DNA of 64,000 nt from an uncultured Chloroflexia bacterium (lineage in GTDB: Bacteria > Chloroflexota > Anaerolineae > CG2-30-64-16): contig CAWEMM010000002.1 of assembly GCA_963810095.1 (NCBI GenBank), positions 192,001 through 256,000 of the forward strand, given 5' to 3'. Below the pieces are notes generated by a model, which was given only the letters and a program-made list of their open reading frames with translations, made no database searches and was not told the origin of the DNA. Below, in pieces: positions 21,746 to 30,457 of this stretch (position 1 is its first letter; each line of letters starts with the position of its first letter). A program made the translations under genes and the position numbers.

Positions 21746-21864
21746 GCTCGCCCTCCCCCTCCATATTGCCGCAGTGACCCCAGGAACAGCAGAGGAGTCG
21801 GGGTGAATGCCCGGTCGCCCCGCTCCTCGACGTTCCCTCTAAGCCCCTAGGGTCAGCAAGACCT

Positions 21865-23133
21865 TCAGTTACGCCATTCGCCTGTAATCGCGGCGTCGAG
21901 GCACTGGTCCACGTCGCCGAACCGCATTTTCACGCCACTGTGCATGGGCGCATAGCAGGCCATCTTGCCCGCGTTCGTCGCCATCGTCTTCACGTCCAGC
22001 ATGCGCATGGGCGCCACGACCGCGCATGTGTCGGCCACCACTTCCCCGCCGGCCGCTTCGATCGCCTGCACGTAGCCCAGCTCGGCCGCCCGCTCACGGG
22101 TAATCGCGCCAGTTGTCACCCACAGCCGCGTTGCCAGCCGCTTGCCCGCGAGATACTCTGCCACCTGCTGGATCTCCGAAAGGCTGGCGTGCGGACACCC
22201 GATGGTGACCAGGTCGATCTTGCGCAGTTCGGGGTCCGCGTCCATCACCCGGTAAGCCGTTTCCAGGCTGTCGACCACCAGGCGCCGTGCGTCCGGACGG
22301 AGCAGCGTCTCGCCGCCGTCTTTCGCCTCGGGGGTGTACCCCGCGATGTGATAAACCGCCACGGCCCCGTAAGCGGCCAGCCCCGCACCGAGCGTCTTAA
22401 GCCGGTCGCCCGCCGGGCCGCCGAGCGTGAGGTCATGGGGCAGGGGCGGCAGCGAGCCGGCCAGGTCGGCAAACCAGGGCAGGCCGCTCCCCACTGCCTT
22501 CCCCACCGTGTAGCTCAGTGCGCCGAAGTCTGCCACCGACTTCAGCGGGGCCCGCACTTCGACAACCCAGTTCGCACGCCGGTTTTCGTCCAGGTGGTAG
22601 CCGTAGCGGGCGGTCCGGCCCACGATGGCGGCCGCGATGGCGCTCGGCCCACCTTCGCGGTTGCTGCGCGCGCCGATAACCGAGTTCGCAAATGCGACGG
22701 CGCTCGACTCGGCCCAGGCGAGCGCATCTCCTCGCTGCGGCTTGTAATCGGGGAACAGGTACGGCGTGCAACTCATGGTCGGGGTCACGCCCATTTCGGC
22801 AAACGCGTCGATCACACCGAGTTGGGGTGTCGCGAAGCTTGGCTGGATGCCCCAGCCCTCCCACTTGCCCCGCTCCATGCCCATCGGGTTGAGCGTGGTG
22901 GGCACCCGCACTCGTGCGCCCTCGGCGGCCCACTGTGCCAAGAACTCCAGCCCCGCGTTGCCCAGGTTCTTGTACGAGACGCCCGCGATTTGGACGTGCC
23001 TGACGGAGACAAGGTCGGCCGCGCCGTAAATGCGCGCGAGCGCAACGACGATTTCCATCGCGCGCCGTACGCCCGGCCCGGCTTCGCCACCCAGCATGGC
23101 TTGTTCATCAGCAGTGAGGATAAGTTCTTTCAT
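21865..23133 (-). CDS. Aconitase X catalytic subunit (DUF521); phosphomevalonate dehydratase large subunit-like
   Basis: GVSYKNLG, SCTPY, WAESSAV.FANSVIGARSNREG, IGCPH, DTC, TNAGK. Confidence 0.88.
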   Translation of the reverse strand: MKELILTADEQAMLGGEAGPGVRRAMEIVVALARIYGAADLVSVRHVQIAGVSYKNLGNAGLEFLAQWAAEGARVRVPTTLNPMGMERGKWEGWGIQPSFATPQLGVIDAFAEMGVTPTMSCTPYLFPDYKPQRGDALAWAESSAVAFANSVIGARSNREGGPSAIAAAIVGRTARYGYHLDENRRANWVVEVRAPLKSVADFGALSYTVGKAVGSGLPWFADLAGSLPPLPHDLTLGGPAGDRLKTLGAGLAAYGAVAVYHIAGYTPEAKDGGETLLRPDARRLVVDSLETAYRVMDADPELRKIDLVTIGCPHASLSEIQQVAEYLAGKRLATRLWVTTGAITRERAAELGYVQAIEAAGGEVVADTCAVVAPMRMLDVKTMATNAGKMACYAPMHSGVKMRFGDVDQCLDAAITGEWRN

Positions 23134-23304
23134 GCCGCCCATTCTAGCATGACATGGACTGATGTAAAGGAAGCCAGCTATCAGCAGTGCAGAATTGGAA
23201 GCAGAAACACTATACAAACCATATACATATGCTATATTTCAAATCAAGTTTGTCAAATGTTAGTTGAAGCGGCAAACAGACTTCAGAGAAGGAGCTACTG
23301 AACG

Positions 23305-24120
23305 ATGAATCGGAAGAAGTTCTACTCGATCATGGTCCTTGCGACGGCCGTGGCACTGCTTGCTACGACTGCGGTCACCTTTGCAGCTGATAACGCCCGT
23401 GTGCGGGTGGTGCATGCTTCCCCTGATGCGCCCGCGGTTGACGTGCTGGTGAACGAACAACCCGCCTTCACTAATCTTGCTTTCAAGGCTGTGGCGCCCT
23501 ATGCGGCACTGCCCGCAGGTTCGTATGGCGTCGCGGTGGTTCCGACTGGGAAGACCGAGCCGAAGGTCATCACCGCTACCCTGCCGCTTGATGCCGGCAA
23601 GGACTACACCGTCATTGCGCTGAATACCCTGGCTAACATCGAGCCACTCGTGCTGACCGACAACAACTCGGCGCCTGCCGACGGCAAAGCGCACGTCCGC
23701 TTCGTGCATGCCTCACCGGATGCGCCGGCCGTGGATGTGGCCGTGAAGGGCGGGCCCGTGATCTTCTCGAACGTAGCGTTCAAGGGCGTCGGTGACTACA
23801 CGCCGGTTGACGCCGGCACGTACGATCTTGAAGTCCGCCTGGCGGGGACGAACACCGTCGCCCTGGAAGTACCCAACGTGACCCTCAGCAACGGCTCCGT
23901 CTACACGGTCTTTGCGATGGGGTTGGCGGCCGGCCAGCCGGCGCTGACTGCAGTCCTCAGCGAGGACGCCAAGGCGCAGGCGGCTACGAGTGCCGCTTCT
24001 CCCGCAAGCCTGCCTGCCACGGGCGGCAACAACTGGCTGCTGGTTATGCTGGCGACGGGCGCAGCACTCCTGATCGTCGGCGGAGTCCAGCGACTGTCGA
24101 CTGCAACCCAGAAGCGCTAA
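23305..24120 (+). CDS. DUF4397 domain surface protein with LPXTG sorting signal
   Basis: Two VRVVHASPDAPAVDV repeats, signal peptide, LPATG plus TM plus basic tail. Confidence 0.9.
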   Translation: MNRKKFYSIMVLATAVALLATTAVTFAADNARVRVVHASPDAPAVDVLVNEQPAFTNLAFKAVAPYAALPAGSYGVAVVPTGKTEPKVITATLPLDAGKDYTVIALNTLANIEPLVLTDNNSAPADGKAHVRFVHASPDAPAVDVAVKGGPVIFSNVAFKGVGDYTPVDAGTYDLEVRLAGTNTVALEVPNVTLSNGSVYTVFAMGLAAGQPALTAVLSEDAKAQAATSAASPASLPATGGNNWLLVMLATGAALLIVGGVQRLSTATQKR

Positions 24121-24172
24121 CTGCGTACTACCTGGTGACGACGAGATAGTTTTCTCCTCCTTGTGGTGTGGG

Positions 24173-24210
24173 TGAGAGGGTCGGAAGGGGCGCCGGCCCT
24201 CTCATCGTTT
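24173..24210 (+). terminator. Probable intrinsic terminator
   Basis: TGAGAGGGTCGG...CCGGCCCTCTCA stem followed by TCGTTT. Confidence 0.6.
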
Positions 24211-24419
24211 AAAGCATGGTCGGCCTTCCTTATCGGACGTCAAGCGGGCGATCGCTGCGCTTCGCGCGACACGGTGGGACGGTGCGCAGAGTGCCACGGC
24301 CACGCGGTCGAACGATGGTCCCGACCCACTCGTCAATACATAAATCGAGCGTTGTTTGACAGCGAATGGCACGAACGACTATACTTGTACAAGTTTTTAC
24401 GCTCGAAGGAACTGATTCG

Positions 24420-24539
24420 ATGGCCCGAAAGAAGACCCCGCGCCGCGACTGGCGGATGACCCTGTTCTTGGCGATTTCCCTGATCATCATCGTCTCGATG
24501 GTTTTGGGTTCGTTCATAATGGCCGCCAACATAAAGTAA
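24420..24539 (+). CDS. 39-aa single-pass membrane microprotein
   Basis: AAGGAA RBS; MARKKTPRRDWRMTLFLAISLIIIVSMVLGSFIMAANIK*; ends 3 nt before the next gene. Confidence 0.7.
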   Translation: MARKKTPRRDWRMTLFLAISLIIIVSMVLGSFIMAANIK

Positions 24540-24542
24540 GGG

Positions 24543-25427
24543 ATGGCGCAACCGGTAGAAGGTTCTGAACCGGCCGCGGGTGCTCGCAGCGGGGTTTTGC
24601 TGGCGCTCGCGGCCGTCGTCATGTTCAGCACCAGCCCGGTATTCGTGCTGTTGGCGCGGCCGCTCAGCCCGTACGAGATCACGTTTGGGCGGCTGGCCAT
24701 CGCAGCCTTGCTTGTGATCGCGCTCGGCCGGCGCAGCGGACAGGCACTGTTGCCTGCCCGGATGCACCTGCCGATCTTTGTCGTATTTGGCCTCATCACC
24801 GCCGTCCACTTTCTCAGCTACATCGCATCGCTTAACTATACGACGATCGCGCACTCGCTGGCCCTCGTCTACACTGCGCCGATCTTCGTGACGCTCTTCT
24901 CGGCGTGGTTCCTGAGAGAACGCATCACCCGGCGCAAGTGGTTGGGCGTGCTGGTGGTAGTTGTGGGGATCGCGGTGCTGGCGGGGTTCGAGCCGCGCTG
25001 GAGCGACCAGATGTTGCTCGGCGACCTGCTGGCCCTCGTCTCGGCGATTACGTTCGGCCTGTACTCGGTCGCCGGGCGCTCGCAGCGTGAGCGTTACGGC
25101 CTGTTTACCTACACCGGCACCGTGTACGGCTTCGGGGCGTTGTGGGCGCTGCCCGCGGCGCTGTTGTTCCTGTCGCCCGCGGGTTACAATCCTAAGTCGC
25201 TGCTGGCGCTGCTGCTGGCGGGGTTGATTCCCCTGGGGCTGGGGCACACGTTTTACAATGCGGCGCTGCGGCGGACGCATGCGACGACAGTTAATCTCAT
25301 CGCCACTCAGGAAGTCGTGGGCGGCATTCTGCTGGGCGCGCTGTTCTTGAACCAGATGCCCCAGCCGAACGAAATCGCCGGCGCGCTGATTGCGCTGGCC
25401 GGCATTGCATTAGTATTGAAGTCGTAG
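24543..25427 (+). CDS. DMT/EamA family transporter
   Basis: About 10 TM; YTAPIFVTL..FLRERIT and GDLLAL motifs. Confidence 0.9.
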   Translation: MAQPVEGSEPAAGARSGVLLALAAVVMFSTSPVFVLLARPLSPYEITFGRLAIAALLVIALGRRSGQALLPARMHLPIFVVFGLITAVHFLSYIASLNYTTIAHSLALVYTAPIFVTLFSAWFLRERITRRKWLGVLVVVVGIAVLAGFEPRWSDQMLLGDLLALVSAITFGLYSVAGRSQRERYGLFTYTGTVYGFGALWALPAALLFLSPAGYNPKSLLALLLAGLIPLGLGHTFYNAALRRTHATTVNLIATQEVVGGILLGALFLNQMPQPNEIAGALIALAGIALVLKS

Positions 25428-25454
25428 AGGCGAGGCCGGATGCCTCGCCCTTAC
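25424..25454. repeat. GTAG-type REP-like palindrome
   Basis: GTAGAGGCGAGGC-CGGAT-GCCTCGCCCTTAC. Confidence 0.6.
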
Positions 25455-25465
25455 CAGAAGGATTT

Positions 25466-25780
25466 GTGTCTGTGGCGAAACCAGTTGATTGCCCGTACTT
25501 TTTTGGAGACTATCATCGCGGCCGGGACATCGAGAAGTGCCGGTTGATCGAACGCAACCCGGAAAACACCCGGCCGTGGAAGCGGCCGCTTTGCGACACC
25601 TGCCCGGTGCCCGGCATCCTGCGCCGCACGACCTGCAAGGACCTGGCCCTGGAGGGGTCCGTCGTGAAGAAGATGCTGCTGCTGGAACGCGTCGAGGTGT
25701 ACGCGGTCTGCCTCGAGCATGTCGCGGAGCTAAAAGATCCCAACCACTGCCCGCAGTGCGAGGCTGAAAGCACCGGTTAA
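25466..25780 (+). CDS. Cys-rich hypothetical protein
   Basis: CPYFFGDYHRGR...C...CDTC...C...CLEH...CPQC; AGAAGG RBS (start may be GTG 25472). Confidence 0.75.
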   Translation: MSVAKPVDCPYFFGDYHRGRDIEKCRLIERNPENTRPWKRPLCDTCPVPGILRRTTCKDLALEGSVVKKMLLLERVEVYAVCLEHVAELKDPNHCPQCEAESTG

Positions 25781-25844
25781 CCACAAAGACACGAAGGCAC
25801 AGAGGCCCACAAAGGTGACGCTGTGAACTTCGTGTCTCTGTAGT
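25779..25844. repeat. CACAAAGA-type periodic hairpin repeat
   Basis: CCACAAAGACACGAAGGCACAGAGG...CTTCGTGTCTCTGTAG between convergent genes. Confidence 0.8.
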
Positions 25845-26944
25845 CAGAGCGCCTTTAGCGCCTCGACAAAGTTCCTTCGCCCCAACCCCACCCGAAAGTG
25901 TCCCGGCATATCGAACATCTCTCCCGGCGCGATCATCACCCCGCGCTCGCGCACGGCCGCGTCCGCAAATTCCAGGGACGACCCCGGCAGCCGTAGCCGC
26001 GGGAACGCGACCGGCCCAGCCAGCGGGGCAAGCCACTCAAACGCGTCCGGCCGGCTGGCAAACCAACGCTCGGCATGGTCGACGTTCGACCGCACAATTT
26101 GCCGGTTGCGCGCCACGATGCGGGCCATGGCCCGCAGGGCCACGATGCTGAGCACCTCGCTCGGCGCGCTGCTGCAGATCGTCGTGTAATCCTTCATCTC
26201 GCCGGCCCTGCGTAGAAGCTCGCTATCGCGCGTCGCCAGCCAGCCGGTGCGCAGGCCGGGCAGCCCGAAGGATTTGGACAGGCCCGACAGCGTCACTGCC
26301 TTCTCGTAAGTTTCACACGCTGACGGCAGCCGCTGCGCCTCGTCGTACTCCAGCCCGCGGTACATTTCGTCGGAGAAGAGCGTGATGCCGTGCTCTTCCG
26401 CAGTGCCAACGATGCTGTGCCAGGTCTCATGCTCGGGCAGGTAACCCGTGGGATTGTGCGGGAAGTTGACGGTGATCAACTTCGTGCGGCTCGTGATCAA
26501 TTCGTGCAACTCGTCCGGGTCAAGGCGCCATGCGCCGTTCTCGGCGTGCAGCTGCCACCGCTCAATCTGGCACCCGAGCGAACGGGCGATTTCTTCGAGC
26601 GATTGGTAACACGGCCACGTCAGCACGACCTCGTCGCCCGGCTCGAGCAGCGCGTGCATCAGGATGAAGATGGCTTCTTCGGGTGCGGCGACCAGCACGT
26701 CAGCGGCCTCCACCCCCGCATACAGCTCGGCGATCTGCTCGCGCAGCAGCGGGTGGCCTGCAGATTCCGTATAGCCCAGCCATAGCCGTTCCCACAGCCC
26801 CCGCGTTTCCTCGTCGGCCAGGGCCAGCAACTCGGGCAGCGTCATGCTCTCGCAGTCCGACGCGCTCAGCAGGTGCCGGGCAGTGAACTCGTGCTCGGCA
26901 AAATAGCGTTCCAGCTTGAAAGTTTTGAGCTGCATGTCACTCAC
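25844..26944 (-). CDS. PLP-dependent aminotransferase class I/II
   Basis: NFPHNPTG, SDEMY, SGLSKSFGLPGLRTGW. Confidence 0.93.
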   Translation of the reverse strand: MSDMQLKTFKLERYFAEHEFTARHLLSASDCESMTLPELLALADEETRGLWERLWLGYTESAGHPLLREQIAELYAGVEAADVLVAAPEEAIFILMHALLEPGDEVVLTWPCYQSLEEIARSLGCQIERWQLHAENGAWRLDPDELHELITSRTKLITVNFPHNPTGYLPEHETWHSIVGTAEEHGITLFSDEMYRGLEYDEAQRLPSACETYEKAVTLSGLSKSFGLPGLRTGWLATRDSELLRRAGEMKDYTTICSSAPSEVLSIVALRAMARIVARNRQIVRSNVDHAERWFASRPDAFEWLAPLAGPVAFPRLRLPGSSLEFADAAVRERGVMIAPGEMFDMPGHFRVGLGRRNFVEALKAL

Positions 26945-26948
26945 TTCT

Positions 26949-27010
26949 TAACACAAAGACACAAAGCCACAAGGATTAGCAGCGCCCTCGTGTCTTTGTG
27001 TCTTCGTGTT
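26949..27010. repeat. CACAAAGA-type periodic hairpin repeat
   Basis: AACACAAAGACACAAAGCCACAAGG...CCTCGTGTCTTTGTGTCTTCGTGTT. Confidence 0.85.
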
Positions 27011-27019
27011 TTCGTTCGA

Positions 27020-29065
27020 TTACTGGCCTAGCAGACCATCCAGCGTCTGGCTGAACTGCTGGAAGGGCAGCGCGCCTGAGAGCGGCGTTGGGCTGCCCGT
27101 CTCCTTGCCGTCCTGCATCTTGTACAGGAAGAATGCCGGGGTGCCGCGCACGCCGAGGGCGGCCCCGTCCTTCATGTCCTTGTCGAGCTGCGCCTGGGTC
27201 TTCGGATCGGCGATACAGGCGTCATACTTCGCCCCGTCGGCGCCAAGTGCAACGGCCTGGGTGCGGAATTGCGCCGCGGCCTCATTCGTCCCCAGCCCTT
27301 GCCACGAGTTTTGATTCTCGAACAGCCAGTCGTGCATCTCCCAGAACAGTTTCGGGTCCTGGTCGCCCGTGCAGAGCCCGGCCTTCGCCGCGCCCGGCGC
27401 GTTCGGATGGATGTCGAGCGGGAAGTTCCGATAAACCTGTACTACTTTGCCCGTTTTCATGTACGCTTCATACAGAAGCGGTTCCGTCTGCTGCGCATGA
27501 CGGCCACAGAACGGTCACTGGAAGTCCGAGAAGTCGACGAGCTTCACCGGCGCATTCGGATCACCCCGGTAGAAGTTCCCGTCCGCATCCCGTCCCACCT
27601 GCAGGCTCGCCAACTCAGACTTTGAGATCGAAGGCGGCGGGGTGGGCGTGGGCGTCGGCGGGACCGAGATGTCCTTGACTGCCTGGATGAACTGGTCCAG
27701 CGTCACCGCACCTACCAGGGGCTTCGAGTTCTCGGGCTTGCCCTCTGCGTTCAGCTTCAGCAGCAGGTACGCGGGCGCCTGGGGCACCCCGATGTCCTTC
27801 TGGCTGAAGGCAGTGTAGTTGTCGATGGTCGCCTGGGTCTTCTCGTCCTTCAGGCACGCGGTGAAGGCCGCTTCGTCCAGGCCGAGGCTCTTGGCGTAGG
27901 CCTGCATGGCCGCGTCGTCGCCCTCTTGCCACTCCGCCTGCTTGGTCAGGAGCAGGTCTCGGAACTCGAAGTATTTGCCCTGTTGGCCGGCGCAGTAGGT
28001 TGCGATGGCCGCCTTGGGCGATGCCAACGCAAAGATCTGCGAGACGAAGCGCACCTGGCCCTTGTCGATGAAATCGGACTTCAGCTGCGGCTGCACGTTC
28101 TTGGCGAACTCGGCGGAATCGGGGCTCTTGAAATCCTCGAACGCCAGGATGACGACCGGCGCTTTCGCGTCGCCCAGGTAGAAGCTGCCGTCGAAGTTGC
28201 GGCCGGCCCGCTGCGGATCCGTCTGCCAGAACTCAACGCCCTGGGGCAGCGGCGTAGGCGAGGGCGGCGGCTTCTGGCCGGCTTTCGCCTTCGCGATGTA
28301 GCTATCGAACTCCTCCACAGGCAGCGCGCCCAGGACGAGCCAGTCGTTGATGTAGAACGATGGGGTGCTCTGGACGCCAAGCTGCTGCGCGGCCTGGGTC
28401 TCCTGCTGCACCTTCTGTGTGTACTTGCCCGAGTCCAGGCACTGGTCGAAATCGGCCGTCTTCAGGCCGAGGTCCTTGGCGAATCCCTTCAGCTTGTCCT
28501 TGGCAAATGCGCCTTGGTTCTCGCCGTTCTGGCTCTCGAACAGCTTGTCGTGATACTGCCAGAATTGTCCCTGGTCGCCCGCGCACTCGCTGGCTTCCGC
28601 GGCCCACTGGGACTCTTCGCCCAGGAAGGCCATGTGCATGTAACCGAACCGAACATCACCCGACTTGACGTACTTTTCCTCGATCTGGCGACCCGCGCCA
28701 GTGGCCCAGCGGCCGCAGAACGGTCACTGGAAGTCGCTGATCTCGATAATGGCGACCTTTGCGTTGGGGTCACCTTTCCAGTGCGTCGTATACTTCGCAG
28801 CGGGGTTGATGCCCGCCGAGGCACCGGCTTCCTGGCTCCCCGGCTCGGCGGTGCCTGCCGGTACGACCGGGCCGGTGGCCGTGGTTGCCTGGGGCCCGGG
28901 CTGCACGGTTGCGCCGGGGGTCGTTTGCGCAGCCGCCGTGGGGGCCGGCGCGCTGGGCGGCGCGGTGCAGGCTGCCACCAGCAGCGCGACCACCAGCAAG
29001 CCCGCGGCCAGGGTGCCCCGGCCGGCCTGCCTGAGCCTGGCACGAGACTGGGTTTTCCTCATCAA
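27020..29065 (-). CDS. Three-domain DsbA/thioredoxin-fold lipoprotein, candidate selenoprotein with two in-frame UGA codons (681 aa)
   Basis: ORFs 28724-29065, 27515-28639 and 27020-27460 share one frame and are separated only by TGA at 28724-28726 and 27515-27517, each within SDFQ*PFC; lipobox LVAAC; cis-Pro motifs STP/GTP. Confidence 0.85.
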
Positions 29066-29113
29066 GTCCTCCTTTTGGACTGGGCGGGCGCCGAGCAGGG
29101 CAGAGCGCCGCCA

Positions 29114-30290
29114 TCAATACACAAACTCGCGGATATCATAGCGCGCCAACTGGGGCCCGCTTTCGCCGGCCCGCCCGAGCGCCGCTCGCAGCGCCGCTTC
29201 CTGCGCCAGCGTGTCCTGGGCCGAGAGCGCTTGCACGCCGGCCTGCTGCGCGAGCGCGCCGTATTCAGAACCGGGTTGCTCGAAGAACGGCGAGAAGTAG
29301 ACGATGTCGCCGGTTCCCAGCGGCATTGCGGCGAGCGCCTCCACCGTGTAACGCACATGGTTGGGCGCAAAGCGTCCACCGCCAATGCCGGTCATCACGA
29401 TCACGCTGACCGCGACGCCGGCCGCCTTCAGCGTGCCGACGGCGTCGACCACGTCGGCGGCCGACCCGGGCTTGCGCAGAAATTGCAGCAGCTCGTCGTC
29501 GCCGCTCTCCATGCCGATGTAGACCCGACGCAAACCCCGACCGGCCAGTTCCGCCCACTCTGCCGTAGACTTCCTGCCCACGTCAAACGCGTCGATAAAT
29601 GAGAAGACGCCCCCCGGCCGGCGCACGCCCGCGGCATCGATCACGTCCAACCACTCGCGAATGCGGGGCATGGGTGCGACCAGGGCGTTCGCGTCGGCCA
29701 GAAAAAGCGACTTGCGCAGGCCGGCGGCCGGGCCAAAAAACGCCTGCACATCGGCGACATGTCGCTTCAGCTCGTCCGCGCTTTTTATGCGGAACGGCCG
29801 CCCGCGATAGAAATCGCAGAACGTACACCTGTTATACGAACAGCCCTCTGTCGCCTGGATCACCAGCGCCAGGTATTGGTCGGGTGGCAGGATGCTGACG
29901 GGCCGGTAGATGCGGGTAAACTCGCGCGCGTCCTCGGTCAGCCGCTCGGGCGTCCACCCTGTCAGAACGTCGAGCCGGCGGTCATTCAGGGATAGGGCCG
30001 CCGCTTCGGCCAGCGCATACACTTCCCGCACAAACCGGCCCGCCTCGCCGGCCGCCAACCACCGGCGCTCGCGCCCCTGCGCGCCCGGCCACTTGCGCAG
30101 CACGCGGCCGTCTCAGCGCGCGGCGATAGTTGTAGCCGTCGACAAACGCGCCGACCAATCGCCCGGCGAGGTCGAAGGAGTAGCTCGGCTGCTCATCCCC
30201 GACAAGGACGTTAATCGCGACGGGCCGCAGCCGCACGGCCACCGGCCCGTAACCTGGTAAGGTGCAGTTAAATATCTCCGTGGGCATCAT
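29114..30290 (-). CDS. Radical SAM protein, frameshift near 30113
   Basis: CSYNRCTFC motif, FLADANAL, IGMESGD; N-terminal ORF 29982-30290 joins by one base. Confidence 0.85.
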
Positions 30291-30343
30291 CCGACCCTGT
30301 GACAGACAGTCGGGCTATTATAAACGAAGCAGTCTAAATATCC

Positions 30344-30370
30344 AACCGGGTTTCTCAGACGAACCCGGTT
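30344..30370. repeat. REP-like palindrome
   Basis: AACCGGGTTTC-TCAGAC-GAACCCGGTT in a divergent intergenic region. Confidence 0.5.
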
Positions 30371-30457
30371 CGTTAACGGTGGACGCGCGCATGTAGTCTG
30401 AAAATCGAATACATCCTGCATCTCATGGTATAATGGCCGCTTGGAGTATCAGGGATC

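Noticed and set aside
21750-21860. Cobalamin riboswitch upstream of the mutase
   Set aside because: Too short, and the B12-box and other consensus elements are not recognisable.
27020-29065. DsbA pseudogene, three separate genes, or global UGA reassignment
   Set aside because: Both stops fall exactly on the catalytic Cys codon with no other decay, and many genes in the window terminate normally at TGA.
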